64,000 nucleotides of DNA from Patescibacteria group bacterium (GCA_038065315.1 JBBTRF010000001.1:97642-161641), one strand, 5' to 3'; positions 29,312 through 39,167 are shown, numbered from the stretch's first letter. Program-made: numbers and translations. Notes: generated by a model from the sequence alone, not told the origin.

Positions 29312-29845
29312 GTGGAAAAAGATGAAATCCAAAACGTGGTAGAGCACAAAATCTATATTATCCGTGGCCAGCGAGTGATGGTGGATTTTGATTTGGCAAA
29401 ATTGTACAGTGTGGAGACCCGAATTTTGGTGCAGTCGGTGAAGAGAAATCTCGTTCGTTTTCCGGAAGATTTTACCTTCCAGCTCACCCGTGAAGAATTT
29501 GCAAACTTGAGATCACAAATTGTGATCTCAAGTTTGGGCCATGGCGGAAGCCGTTATTTGCCATACGTCTTCACCGAACACGGTGTTGCTATGCTCGCTT
29601 CTGTACTAAGAAGCCAACGAGCAGCACAAATGAGTATCTTCATCGTCCGAGCCTTCATCAAAATGCGCGAAATGTTGGCGACGCATGCCGATCTAGCGCT
29701 GAAGATTGCCGAGATTGAGAGAAAGCAGAAAGAACACGGCGACCAGCTTTCGGCAGTATATTCGGTGGTGAAGCGGTTGATGGATCCGCCAGAGGGGCCG
29801 AAAAAGAAAATTGGATTTGCACCTGAGGATGGCCACAAAACTTGA
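29312..29845 (+). CDS. ORF6N domain DNA-binding protein
   Basis: IRGQRVMVDFDLAKLY, RFPEDF, PYVFTEHGVAMLASVLRS, KKKIGF. Confidence 0.92.
   Translation: MEKDEIQNVVEHKIYIIRGQRVMVDFDLAKLYSVETRILVQSVKRNLVRFPEDFTFQLTREEFANLRSQIVISSLGHGGSRYLPYVFTEHGVAMLASVLRSQRAAQMSIFIVRAFIKMREMLATHADLALKIAEIERKQKEHGDQLSAVYSVVKRLMDPPEGPKKKIGFAPEDGHKT
29502..29536. repeat. Perfect 35-bp palindrome inside the ORF6N gene
   Basis: CAAACTTGAGATCACAA-A-TTGTGATCTCAAGTTTG. Confidence 0.95.
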
Positions 29846-29869
29846 GGTCGCAATTTGCGACTTCAAGTT
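29839..29869. repeat. Variant second copy of the ORF6N palindrome
   Basis: AACTTGAGGTCGCAA-T-TTGCGACTTCAAGTT; 25/31 identical to 29504-29534. Confidence 0.9.
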
Positions 29870-29872
29870 GTA

Positions 29873-30556
29873 CTACTCGCTCCTCTGCCTCCCGCGAAGG
29901 GCATTTTTCACGGTTTCGCTGTCGGAATATTCGAGTTCGAGGCCGGTGGAGAGGCCGCGGCCAAGGGTGCTCACGGTGAGGCCATATTTGGCCACCAAAG
30001 GCCCCAAAATGCCCTGTATATAGTGCTGGGTGTGTTCGCCCTCAGGTGTGAGGTTGAAGGCCAAAATCACCTCCTTGAGGCTTTTTGAGGCTTCGGGCAT
30101 GGTGGACGAATTGTCGGGGTCGAGCGGGTCGTATTTCGGCTTGTTGGCCATCTTTTCGACGAGGCTGGCGAGCTCACGAGAGCGCACGCGTTGTTCAGGA
30201 TTTTTCTCCAAAATCGGAACCGAACCGCCGAGAATGAAGTATTTGCCGTCGTACGTGTGGCTCTTTTCGATGTTTTCAAAATCCACGTCGCGGCAGACCA
30301 CGAGCAAGGTTTCTTCGGAGCGACGCGGGTCGGCACAGATCACGCAGAGGTCGGAGGTTTTGGCGCTGAGAGGGAAGAAGCGTTGGCAGGATGAACAGAC
30401 GCGGATTTGTTTTTTGAGTTCAAGTACGAGCGCGGCGAGCTGCGAGCGATATGCTTCGCTCTGGCCCAGCAGAAAATACACAAAACGCTTCGCTTGGCGC
30501 GGGCCGATGCCGGGAAACTGTCGGAACTGCTCGATGAGTTTGCTGATGGTGTCCAT
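29873..30556 (-). CDS. recR: Recombination mediator RecR
   Basis: FPGIGPRQAKR HhH, C4 zinc finger, Toprim EVILAFNLTPEGEHT, LEYSD. Confidence 0.95.
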   Translation of the reverse strand: MDTISKLIEQFRQFPGIGPRQAKRFVYFLLGQSEAYRSQLAALVLELKKQIRVCSSCQRFFPLSAKTSDLCVICADPRRSEETLLVVCRDVDFENIEKSHTYDGKYFILGGSVPILEKNPEQRVRSRELASLVEKMANKPKYDPLDPDNSSTMPEASKSLKEVILAFNLTPEGEHTQHYIQGILGPLVAKYGLTVSTLGRGLSTGLELEYSDSETVKNALRGRQRSE

Positions 30557-30616
30557 TTGAAATCGTCCGCGGCGCTCAGGCGACTCCCGCCGCGCCGCTT
30601 ATCGCTCGATTATACC

Positions 30617-33316
30617 CTAAAACTCTCCGCCACCGATGGCGCCGCCAAAGTCTCCGAAGTCGGACTTCTCGATGCTTTGGAAGGTGGTCTTCTTTTCGTC
30701 AAAATACAGCTCCACCACACCGGTCGGACCGTTGCGGTGCTTCTCGATCATGATCTTCGCGATGTTTGGGCGGCCAGACTCCTTGTTGTATTTGTCCTCA
30801 CGGTGGATGAAGAGCACGATGTCCGCATCCTGCTCGATACTGTTGTGCACGATCATGTCATTGGCGATGAAATTGTGCGTGCCGGGTACGGTGGCGTCGA
30901 AGACTTCTTCTTCGCCGAGCGGGGTCACGGAGACCACTTCGTCCCAGAAGATGTCCGACTGGGCGAGCGAGGCGAGAGATTGGCTGGTGAGAATGTCGGC
31001 GATCTTCATCAGACGTGCGCGAGAAAGGCCGGCCTTGAAGAGGGCGGTGCCATTGTACGAGACCTCCATTTTTTCCGACACGCCACGCCAGCTGATGTCG
31101 GCTTCGAGCTTGGCCTGCTTAATGTATGAATGCCAGATATCCTTCGGGATGATATCCACGTTCGGATTCGCTTCGATCTGTCGCAAGGCTACCAGCATCT
31201 CCGAAATAATCTCGCCGCGCTTGCCGTAGCAACCAACGATCTCGAGGAAGTGGATCTGCATAATGCTGCCCTGGATGGAGACGTGATAATTCGGTCGATA
31301 GGTTTTGCCGGCCTTGTGCTGGGCGACCTCGCGGAGCGTGCTCAAAATGCCGAGGCGAAGCAAAAGGTGCTGCACCTGTTCGGCGAGGGTCTTGCTGGTG
31401 GAGGCGTAGTAGATGGCACCGGCTGTTTTTCGGCCGGAGAACGGCGCGGCGTGCGAAGGGTGAATGAACGAAATATTGCCATCGGTCGCCCAGAGGTGCT
31501 TCAAAAAGAAGGCGATGTCGATCTGCGAGGATTGGAAGAGTGCATTCGGAATGACTTTCTTGTACGAACGCTCCGATGCGATACCGAGCTTTTGATACCA
31601 GAGAGTGATCGGATGCTTTTTGTGATGACCAAGATGATATGGGGATGGCAAGTACAGGTGCCACCAATTTTCCTGTGCCACTTGCCGCGGGGTGATGCCA
31701 AACAGGGCTTTTGCAGCTTCAGCTACGACCGCGAGGTTCGCCGGGTCGGCGCTAGTGTAATGGATGGGCTGGCGAGGCAATACGCAGCCGTCGCCAAGCA
31801 GGTGGGCGAGGAGAATAAGCTCGTGCTGGCTCAAAATGAGGCCGTGGACAGGCGCCATGCCGGTGACGGTGTCGAGCTGCCTCGGAGTGGCGATGTGGGT
31901 GTGGAGGCCAAGTTCGTCGAGGCGGTGCCAGCCAGCCACGGTCATGAATGGATGGTTGCCGGAGGCTTTGATCGTGCGGCCAGAGCGCGTCTTCAGTTCA
32001 AACAGCTTTTTCACGCCGCTCGAGAATACCTTGGTGGCGTGTTTGATCTGTACTTTGTTTTCCTTGTTCAATGAAAAGACGGGAATGTTTGTCTGGCCGA
32101 CCAATGACTTTATGGTCACGCGTTCGCCAGTGTCGGCGCGGGTGATGAGGGTGTCGCCAGCTAGGCAACCAGAATCTCGCAGGTCGGAGAGGCGAGGCTC
32201 CCCACCGCGCTGCTCCACGGCTCGGGAGAGTTGGGAGAGGGCGATCACGGGCACCTTGAGCTCCTTGGCGAGCTGCTTGAGAGAACGTGAAATTTCGGTG
32301 GTCTGTTGTACGAGGTTGTCGCTGCCCTTGGTCTGGGTGGGGGTCATGAGCTGGAGGTAGTCGACGATGATGAGACCGAGTCCCTTGTCTTTTTTGAGTC
32401 GGCGGGCGACAGAGCGCATCTTGAGGATGTTGTTGCCGGCTTGGTCGTCGATAAAGATTGGCGCGCGTGAGAGGCGGTCCATGGCGCCGCGGAGCTTCAC
32501 GAAATCTTCCTCCGCGGCGACCTTGCCGTTGCGCAAACTCCAAGAGTCGATCTGGGATTCAGCAGAAAGCATGCGGTCCACCAGTGACTGTGCTGACATT
32601 TCCAAAGAGAAGATGGCGACGGGTGTGTTGTGATTGATCGCGGTTTTGCGAGCAAAGTCGAGCGCGAGCGATGTCTTACCCATCGAAGGTCGTGCCGCGA
32701 GGATGATGAGGTCGGATTCCTGAAAGCCGGAGAGCTTGTTGTCGAGCTCTCGAAAGCCGGTCGGTACACCGCGGAGTTCGCCTTTGTTTTGCGAGAGTTT
32801 GTCGAAACGCTCCCAGGCTTCGTTGAGCGTGTCTTTGATTTCCACCACCTTGTGGCCATTGTCGAAGCTGGTCACCTCGAAGACGCGCTTCTCGGCTTTG
32901 TCGAGGAGTTCATTTATTTCTGCCGATTCGTCGTATCCGAGGCCGGAGATGAATTCCGACGCGTCGATGAGTTGGCGCATCATGAATTTGTTCTTCACCG
33001 TCGTGCCATAGTGGACGATGTTAGCCGAAGAGGGGACGGCGTTCGCAAGCTCGGCGATGTAGCTGGCGCCGCCGATCTGGTCGAGCTGGTTGTTCTCGCG
33101 GAGGCGGGTGGTGAGGGTGAGCATGTCGATCGGCGTACTCTTGGTGAAGAGCTCCATCATCGAGCGGAAGATGATGCGATGCTTTTCGGAATAGAAAACT
33201 CGGTCGTTGATCGAGTCGTTGATCTCGTTGATCGCGTCCGAGCGCAGCATGATCGAACCGAGCAACGCTTTTTCAGCGTCGAGGTTTTGGGGTGGAATTC
33301 GCAGATTGGTGGCCAT
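30617..33316 (-). CDS. dnaB: Replicative DNA helicase with intein
   Basis: AARPSMGKT, DYLQL, LSQLSR, LRDSG|C...HN|SIEQDAD. Confidence 0.97.
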   Translation of the reverse strand: MATNLRIPPQNLDAEKALLGSIMLRSDAINEINDSINDRVFYSEKHRIIFRSMMELFTKSTPIDMLTLTTRLRENNQLDQIGGASYIAELANAVPSSANIVHYGTTVKNKFMMRQLIDASEFISGLGYDESAEINELLDKAEKRVFEVTSFDNGHKVVEIKDTLNEAWERFDKLSQNKGELRGVPTGFRELDNKLSGFQESDLIILAARPSMGKTSLALDFARKTAINHNTPVAIFSLEMSAQSLVDRMLSAESQIDSWSLRNGKVAAEEDFVKLRGAMDRLSRAPIFIDDQAGNNILKMRSVARRLKKDKGLGLIIVDYLQLMTPTQTKGSDNLVQQTTEISRSLKQLAKELKVPVIALSQLSRAVEQRGGEPRLSDLRDSGCLAGDTLITRADTGERVTIKSLVGQTNIPVFSLNKENKVQIKHATKVFSSGVKKLFELKTRSGRTIKASGNHPFMTVAGWHRLDELGLHTHIATPRQLDTVTGMAPVHGLILSQHELILLAHLLGDGCVLPRQPIHYTSADPANLAVVAEAAKALFGITPRQVAQENWWHLYLPSPYHLGHHKKHPITLWYQKLGIASERSYKKVIPNALFQSSQIDIAFFLKHLWATDGNISFIHPSHAAPFSGRKTAGAIYYASTSKTLAEQVQHLLLRLGILSTLREVAQHKAGKTYRPNYHVSIQGSIMQIHFLEIVGCYGKRGEIISEMLVALRQIEANPNVDIIPKDIWHSYIKQAKLEADISWRGVSEKMEVSYNGTALFKAGLSRARLMKIADILTSQSLASLAQSDIFWDEVVSVTPLGEEEVFDATVPGTHNFIANDMIVHNSIEQDADIVLFIHREDKYNKESGRPNIAKIMIEKHRNGPTGVVELYFDEKKTTFQSIEKSDFGDFGGAIGGGEF
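30842..32167 (-). mobile_element. 442-aa intein with LAGLIDADG homing endonuclease in DnaB
   Basis: Starts CLAGDT, block B SGNHPF, LAGLIDADG-like LLAHLLGDG and FLKHLWATDG, ends VHN before Ser. Confidence 0.95.
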
Positions 33317-33461
33317 TCGGCTATTCTACCTTTTGCGCCTGCCCGCGGGCAATGCCTTCGCGCGGGCGAAAAGGGAATAAGGTGTGGAGAGGGTGGGGAT
33401 AGGGTCTCGTCCGTCACTTTTTTGCTAGTGCCACCCACGATTATGGTAAAATTGTCATATC

Positions 33462-34220
33462 GTGTTTATTCCAAAAACCAAGAGAATAGCCGAGCTTGCG
33501 AGGCTATTTCCAGATGTCGTGAGGGAACTGGAGGTCATTTTTGCCGATAGTGCCAACGTCTATATTGATTGGGCGAACGTGATCCATTGGCAAGAAAGGT
33601 TAGGATTTCATATTCACCTCGGTAGGCTGAAACAGCTACTCGATTCATTTTCCCATGTGAAAATCATCCGTTTTTATACAGGTACGCTTCTAGGTAACGA
33701 AAAGTCGGAACAGGCGATTGTGGATGCAGAGAACCTCGGATACCAAGTAAAGACAAAACCGGTGAAGGTGATGAAAATGTCCATTAATACTTCCAGTATC
33801 GCCCCAAATTCGCCGGCTTTGCTAGAGAATTTTATTAAAAAATGTCTGTTGTCCAAGCTGAGTCTGGAAACGATTGAATTACTCAATGAGAAGCTGGCTG
33901 AATTTAATAAGCAGGGAGTTACGTTCATCGAGGATATGAAATGTAATTTTGATGTAGAGATTGGCAGAGACATGCTCCAAGACTTTGACGGGGCTGATCT
34001 GAGCACATTCATTTTGTGGAGCGGCGATGGCGATTTTGTCGATCCAATCAATCAGTTGGTGAAAGACAATAAGAAAGTGTTCCTGTTCGCTACGTCGAGA
34101 GCCGTTTCTTATGAGCTGAATGAGATAAGGGTCCCTATTTTTGATATCAAAAAAATTAAAGAATTCATTTGTTGGCCAAAGGAAATACCGCACAGTATCA
34201 AGGATAAAATCGATCGATAG
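33462..34220 (+). CDS. NYN (LabA/DUF88, PIN-like) domain nuclease
   Basis: YIDWANV, KCNFDVEI, LWSGDGDF acidic triad; AT-richer than flanks. Confidence 0.88.
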   Translation: MFIPKTKRIAELARLFPDVVRELEVIFADSANVYIDWANVIHWQERLGFHIHLGRLKQLLDSFSHVKIIRFYTGTLLGNEKSEQAIVDAENLGYQVKTKPVKVMKMSINTSSIAPNSPALLENFIKKCLLSKLSLETIELLNEKLAEFNKQGVTFIEDMKCNFDVEIGRDMLQDFDGADLSTFILWSGDGDFVDPINQLVKDNKKVFLFATSRAVSYELNEIRVPIFDIKKIKEFICWPKEIPHSIKDKIDR

Positions 34221-34230
34221 AGGTAGTAGT

Positions 34231-34294
34231 GTAAAAAGCCAAAGGGACTCCTTGCGGAGCCCCTAAGCGATAGATTTATTGATCTTTCGATCAA
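34231..34294 (-). ncRNA. Putative small RNA convergent with the NYN gene
   Basis: Minus-strand TTGACT-17-TACATT promoter; two GNRA-capped hairpins; U-run. Confidence 0.5.
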
Positions 34295-34329
34295 GGATAA
34301 TGTAGCAAAAAACAGACCTAAAGTCAAAG

Positions 34330-34338
34330 TTATCCACA
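34330..34338 (+). promoter_or_regulatory. Consensus DnaA box
   Basis: TTATCCACA next to the -35 at 34322-34327. Confidence 0.5.
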
Positions 34339-34399
34339 GCAGTAATGAAAGGGGCTCCATAGGTAATTAGCCGTTTGGAACCCTTTTCGTCGTAATGCT

Positions 34400-35848
34400 C
34401 TATGGTAACAGACTATTTTTCACCAAAGTACTGCCTTTTGCTGTATCCACGATATCGTATCCTTTTTCTTTAATTGCTGCGCGTAGTTCGTCGGACTTTT
34501 TGAAGTCTCTATTTTGTCGAGCGAGGTCACGGGCATCTTTGAGGGCGACAATTTCTGGGGCAAAAACATACGAAAGCACGCCGACTGAAGTATTTTGTTT
34601 CAGACCGAGCACTTTGTCGAACTCCATGAGTGTACTCATTTTCTCCTCGCTACTCACTGAACCATCTTTCAGCATGTCCCAGATGGTTGCCAGGACCTTC
34701 GAAGTATTGAGGTCGTCATTAATCGCTGAGTCAAGAACTTTTCTGTATCTAGCGTGCGTTTTGTCAGAAACGGATCCTTTCGGAAGCCCGCGCACTTGCT
34801 CGAGCAGCCGCTCATACGCCGTCTGCGCACCCTTCACGGCCTCCCAGGTGAAATTCATTTGCGTGCGATAGGAGGCGGTGAGGAGCCAGTAGCGAAAGCC
34901 AAGCGGGGTCACGCCGTGGGCAGCGAGGTCTTTTAGATAGATAGTGTTGCCGAGCGACTTCGAAATTTTTTGTCCGTCAATGAGTAGATGTGCGCCGTGC
35001 AGCCAAAATCGGACAAAGGCTTTACCTGTCGAGGCTTCGGATTGCGCGATCTCATTGTTGTGATGGGTCGGGATGTGGTCGATGCCGCCGGTGTGAATGT
35101 CGATGGTCGTGCCCAGTAGCTTCATGGCCATCGCCGAACATTCGATATGCCAGCCTGGAAAACCGACGCCCCACGGCGATGGCCATTCCTGGTCGCGCTT
35201 CGTATTAGAAAACTTCCACAACGCAAAGTCGGTCGAATGTCGCTTTTCACTGTTGACGGCGATACGATGACCTTCGGAGAGGCCGGCGATGTCGATATTC
35301 CCAAGCTTGCCATACTGCGGAAACTTTGAGGTATCAAAATAGATGCCGTCGGAGATTTTGTAAGTGAAGCCTGTGCGCTCGAGCTGCTCGATGAGAGCGA
35401 TCTGTTCGGGAATATAGCTGGTGGCGCGAGGAAACTCGGTGGCCGGAGATTGTCCCGATGCAAATTCAATATTTAGCGCCGCAAGTCCGCCAAAAAATTC
35501 CTTCGTGTAGTCCTCCGAAATCTCCTTCGACGAGCGCTGCTGCTTCTGTGCTGTTACCTGCATCTTGTCTTCGCCTTCGTCGCCGTCGCCGACAAGGTGG
35601 CCGACATCGGTGATGTTGATCACTTGTTGTACGCGATACCCACCATGCTCAAGGGTACGTTTCAAAATATCGGCAAAAACGTACGCGCGGTAATTGCCGA
35701 TGTGGAGCGATTGGTACACGGTTGGCCCGCAGTTGTACATGGTGACGGTCTTGTTGGGGATGCCCAAAAAGCCGAGTACACCTTTGCGCGACGGTGTGAA
35801 GACCTCTTTCTGTTTGGTGAGTGTATTGTACAGGCGAATTTCGGACAT
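34400..35848 (-). CDS. cysS: Cysteine--tRNA ligase
   Basis: CGPTVY, HIGN, PGWHIECSAM, KISKSLGN. Confidence 0.97.
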   Translation of the reverse strand: MSEIRLYNTLTKQKEVFTPSRKGVLGFLGIPNKTVTMYNCGPTVYQSLHIGNYRAYVFADILKRTLEHGGYRVQQVINITDVGHLVGDGDEGEDKMQVTAQKQQRSSKEISEDYTKEFFGGLAALNIEFASGQSPATEFPRATSYIPEQIALIEQLERTGFTYKISDGIYFDTSKFPQYGKLGNIDIAGLSEGHRIAVNSEKRHSTDFALWKFSNTKRDQEWPSPWGVGFPGWHIECSAMAMKLLGTTIDIHTGGIDHIPTHHNNEIAQSEASTGKAFVRFWLHGAHLLIDGQKISKSLGNTIYLKDLAAHGVTPLGFRYWLLTASYRTQMNFTWEAVKGAQTAYERLLEQVRGLPKGSVSDKTHARYRKVLDSAINDDLNTSKVLATIWDMLKDGSVSSEEKMSTLMEFDKVLGLKQNTSVGVLSYVFAPEIVALKDARDLARQNRDFKKSDELRAAIKEKGYDIVDTAKGSTLVKNSLLP

Positions 35849-35871
35849 GGTTTTGCTGGTTTGTGCAGCTC

Positions 35872-36801
35872 TTACAGCCACCTCTTGTATTTAAAGAAGC
35901 CGAGGAGGCCAAGCGAGCAGGCGATGATAACAGTCAAAGTGATCGCATAGTTGCCAGCCGCGGCGAGGAAGGGGTTGGAGGCGAGGTCCAGCGTGAGGAC
36001 AGCGATGATGAGATCGACGGAGAAGATGATCGACGTGATGACGGTGAAGAATTTCATCACCTCGTTCTGTTTGGTACTCAAGAGGGAGTCGTTGGTCGAG
36101 CGGAGCTCTTCGAGCAGCTCGAATTGGCCGCGAATGACTTCTTCGATCTTGCCGTACTCGTCGATAAGGCGACGGACATGGGACTCGTATCCTTGGCCGA
36201 AAAAAGCCTCGCTCATCGCGCCATATGTGGTGAGGATGCTGCGGTGGTGGCCGAGCGTTTTTTTGAGATCAAGCAGCGAACGGCTCACGGTGGAGAGTTC
36301 GAATACCATTTCCTTCTCACGCTCGGCAAAAATATCTTCCTCAATGCGGATGAGTTGGTCGTCCATCGCGTCGAGCTCATCGCGTAGGGATTTGTAGATG
36401 CGCTCCATCATATAGAAGAAGATGTAGCCAGCGTGTTCACCCATTTCGCCCTTGTCGAGCACGGAATTGACCTCAAAGACCTTCGCAAAATGGTGCAACG
36501 GGTCGATGGTGTCGTATCGGGCAGTGATGATGACATCTTTCCCGATGAGAAAGTCGATCTCCTGGACGCGACCCTTGGTAAGCCCCCTTTTCTTGGTCCG
36601 TTGAGTGATGGCGGGGAAGTTGAGAACAAGGTAGAGGAATTCGGGAAACTTCTCGATGCGTGGCTTGAGGTTCGGGCTGAGCAATTCTTGTGCCACAAGT
36701 GGGTCAAGCCGATATTCCTCCATCACTTTCTTCACTTCATCTCGAGTGGGCGACTCGAGGTCGATCCAAGTGAGTTTTTTGTAGGTATAGGTGTTGATCA
36801 T
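35872..36801 (-). CDS. CorA-family Mg/Co transporter
   Basis: WIDLESPT, KQNEVMKFFT, two C-terminal TMs ending KYKRWL; canonical GMN motif not evident. Confidence 0.8.
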   Translation of the reverse strand: MINTYTYKKLTWIDLESPTRDEVKKVMEEYRLDPLVAQELLSPNLKPRIEKFPEFLYLVLNFPAITQRTKKRGLTKGRVQEIDFLIGKDVIITARYDTIDPLHHFAKVFEVNSVLDKGEMGEHAGYIFFYMMERIYKSLRDELDAMDDQLIRIEEDIFAEREKEMVFELSTVSRSLLDLKKTLGHHRSILTTYGAMSEAFFGQGYESHVRRLIDEYGKIEEVIRGQFELLEELRSTNDSLLSTKQNEVMKFFTVITSIIFSVDLIIAVLTLDLASNPFLAAAGNYAITLTVIIACSLGLLGFFKYKRWL

Positions 36802-36867
36802 TTCGGACATTATACCGCGCCTTCTATTCGTTGACCACGGGTAGCGCATTTGCGATAATGTCTCGAC

Positions 36868-38133
36868 ATGAAAACATACAAAACAGTGGCAGCCTTCGCG
36901 AAAAGTCGAGTCGCGCTCGGTATCTATATTGCCCTCGTGCTGGTGGCGGTATTTGGTCTCGGCACATTGGCGGGCTATGCCAATCGACCAGAAGTGTCCA
37001 AGCTCACTGGCTTGCTCAATCGAGAAAATGAGATCTCGGATACTGCAGACTTCGAGACATTTTGGCGGGCGTGGCGGATTTTGAACGAAAAACACGTATC
37101 CTCAAAAGAAATTTTGCCTCAGGAGAAGGTCTGGGGTGCTATCGAGGGACTCGCGAGCGCTTTTAAGGATCCATACACCGTCTTTATGCCACCAGTAGAG
37201 GCGAAAGACTTTGACAGTCAGGTGAGCGGCGTTTTTGGTGGGGTTGGTATGGAGATTGGTCTGAAAGACAACATTGTCACTGTCATCACACCACTCAAAG
37301 GATCTCCGGCGGAGAAGGCGGGGATGCGAAGTGGGGATAAAGTGCTCGAGATCAACGGTAAGATCACTTCGGGGATGTCCACTGAAGATGCGGTGCATTT
37401 GATCCGCGGCGAAGTGGGCACTCTGGCGAAGCTCCTCGTATTCCGACAGGGTCGCAAGCTGCCTTTTGAGGTGGAGATCACCCGCGCAGTCATCCAGATT
37501 CCGACTATCGATACCGAGAAGCGAGCCGATGGGATATTTGTCATCCGTCTCTACAACTTCTCCGCACCGTCGGCCAATCTATTTCGGGAAGCGTTGCAGG
37601 AGTTTGTCGATTCCGGTCTCAATAAGCTTATCCTCGACTTGCGTGGCAACCCCGGCGGCTATCTCGATGCTGCAGCAGACATGGCGAGCTGGTTTTTGCC
37701 AAAAGGAACATTGATCGTGCGTGAAAACTATGGCGAGAAGCAGGTGGAGGATACGCTGCGCAGCTCTGGATATGATGTGTTTGCCGATAAACCGATTAAA
37801 ATGGTGATTTTGGTGAATGGCGGCTCGGCTTCAGCCTCAGAAATTTTGGCAGGCGCTCTCAGCGAGCATGGCGTGGCAAAATTGGTGGGTACGCAGACTT
37901 TCGGCAAGGGATCGGTACAGGAATTGATCAAGCTCACCAGCGACACCAATTTGAAGGTGACAATTGCGAAGTGGTATACCCCGAACGGCGTGTCGATTTC
38001 AGAGAAAGGCATCTCGCCAGACTATGTAGTTGACTTAACCGAAGAGGACGTGAATAATCAAAGGGATCCTCAAATGGACAAGGCGGTGCAGGTGCTCTTC
38101 GGCAAGGCTGGTGCGCCGACCGCGAAGAAATAG
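36868..38133 (+). CDS. ctpA: C-terminal processing protease (S41)
   Basis: DPYT, PDZ, DLRGNPGG, SASASEILAGAL, TFGKGSVQ. Confidence 0.93.
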   Translation: MKTYKTVAAFAKSRVALGIYIALVLVAVFGLGTLAGYANRPEVSKLTGLLNRENEISDTADFETFWRAWRILNEKHVSSKEILPQEKVWGAIEGLASAFKDPYTVFMPPVEAKDFDSQVSGVFGGVGMEIGLKDNIVTVITPLKGSPAEKAGMRSGDKVLEINGKITSGMSTEDAVHLIRGEVGTLAKLLVFRQGRKLPFEVEITRAVIQIPTIDTEKRADGIFVIRLYNFSAPSANLFREALQEFVDSGLNKLILDLRGNPGGYLDAAADMASWFLPKGTLIVRENYGEKQVEDTLRSSGYDVFADKPIKMVILVNGGSASASEILAGALSEHGVAKLVGTQTFGKGSVQELIKLTSDTNLKVTIAKWYTPNGVSISEKGISPDYVVDLTEEDVNNQRDPQMDKAVQVLFGKAGAPTAKK

Positions 38134-38173
38134 AGAAAGTCTCAAGTATTTATAAAAATAATCTAACATCCGT

Positions 38174-38614
38174 ATGAAAGTTGTACTCCTGAAAGATGTG
38201 CCGAAACTCGGCAAGAAGTTCGAAATCAAGAATGTGGCCGACGGCCACGCGCTCAACAGCCTCATTCCTCAAGGTTTGGTGGCGGTTGCGACTGATGCAG
38301 TGGTGAAGCGTTCCGAGGCGGAGAAGGCCGTCATCGCCGACAAGCGCAAGAAAGAAGAAGCTGAGCTTGTGAAGAATCTCGACGCCGTGAAGGCTCTCCA
38401 ACTGCAGATTGTTGCGAAAGCCAATCCAAAGGGTCACCTGTTCTCATCGATTCACAAGGCCGAGATCGCCGCAGAGATCCGCAAGGCGGGTATCGCTATC
38501 GACGCTGAATTCATCTCTCTCGACAAGCCGATTAAGGAAGTGGGTGAACACACCATCGAGATTGTGGCAGGAGGCAAGTCTGCGAAGTGCAAGCTGGTGA
38601 TTGTGGCGGCGTAA
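38174..38614 (+). CDS. rplI: 50S ribosomal protein L9
   Basis: [29 protein letters not shown]. Confidence 0.95.
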   Translation: MKVVLLKDVPKLGKKFEIKNVADGHALNSLIPQGLVAVATDAVVKRSEAEKAVIADKRKKEEAELVKNLDAVKALQLQIVAKANPKGHLFSSIHKAEIAAEIRKAGIAIDAEFISLDKPIKEVGEHTIEIVAGGKSAKCKLVIVAA

Positions 38615-38733
38615 GATTGCCTCGCTAGAGGTATCCTGCGGAGAAAAAAGCATAGTGCGGATTTGTCATACTTTCCTCATACTTTTGTATGACAAATCCG
38701 CATCTACAAAAAAACAGCGCGCCGCCAGTTGCA

Positions 38734-38770
38734 ACAAAAAACAGCCTCATTTTGAGAGGCTGTTTTTTGT
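38734..38770. terminator. Bidirectional terminator between rplI and rpmA
   Basis: ACAAAAAACAGCCTC...GAGGCTGTTTTTTGT. Confidence 0.8.
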
Positions 38771-38785
38771 GTCTGCTCCGTTATC

Positions 38786-39058
38786 TTAAATTACGTTAAC
38801 GACTTTTTTAACCGCATTGCTGCCGTCAAAGTTGATCTTTCGCTTGCTTGAAAAAGCTACCTTGCCTTCCTTGATTGCGAAAATAGTGTGGTCCTTGCCA
38901 GTTTCGGTGCCCTTGCCCGCGAGGATGCGGGTGCCGCGCTGTCGTACGATGATCGAGCCCACTGAAGCCTTTTCACCAGCAAAAAGCTTAATACCGAGGT
39001 ATTTTGGGTTCGAATCTCTGAGGTTTTTGGCCGATCCCGCGGCCTTTTTGGTTGCCAT
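38786..39058 (-). CDS. rpmA: 50S ribosomal protein L27
   Basis: MATKKAAGSAKNLRDS, IIVRQRGT, GKDHTIFA. Confidence 0.97.
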   Translation of the reverse strand: MATKKAAGSAKNLRDSNPKYLGIKLFAGEKASVGSIIVRQRGTRILAGKGTETGKDHTIFAIKEGKVAFSSKRKINFDGSNAVKKVVNVI

Positions 39059-39167
39059 AGTAGCTTATAATTTGTTATGTAATTTAGATTGTGAGTATAC
39101 CGAAAGAAGCCGAAAAAGGCAAGGAATGGGGTGGGGAAGGGCGAATTACGAGCACTTTTCGGCCGTT

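Noticed and set aside
28224-30000. Switch from mostly + genes to mostly - genes as a replication terminus
   Set aside because: The + strand appears G-rich on both sides (minus genes favour C-ending codons) and no dif-like site was found; a GC-skew plot would settle it
34197-34300. 11-bp direct repeat ATCAAGGATAA at the NYN 3' end and at the sRNA start
   Set aside because: Short and AT-rich; cannot be distinguished from chance without homologues
34330-34338. DnaA box as oriC
   Set aside because: Single box, no cluster or unwinding element, no dnaA nearby
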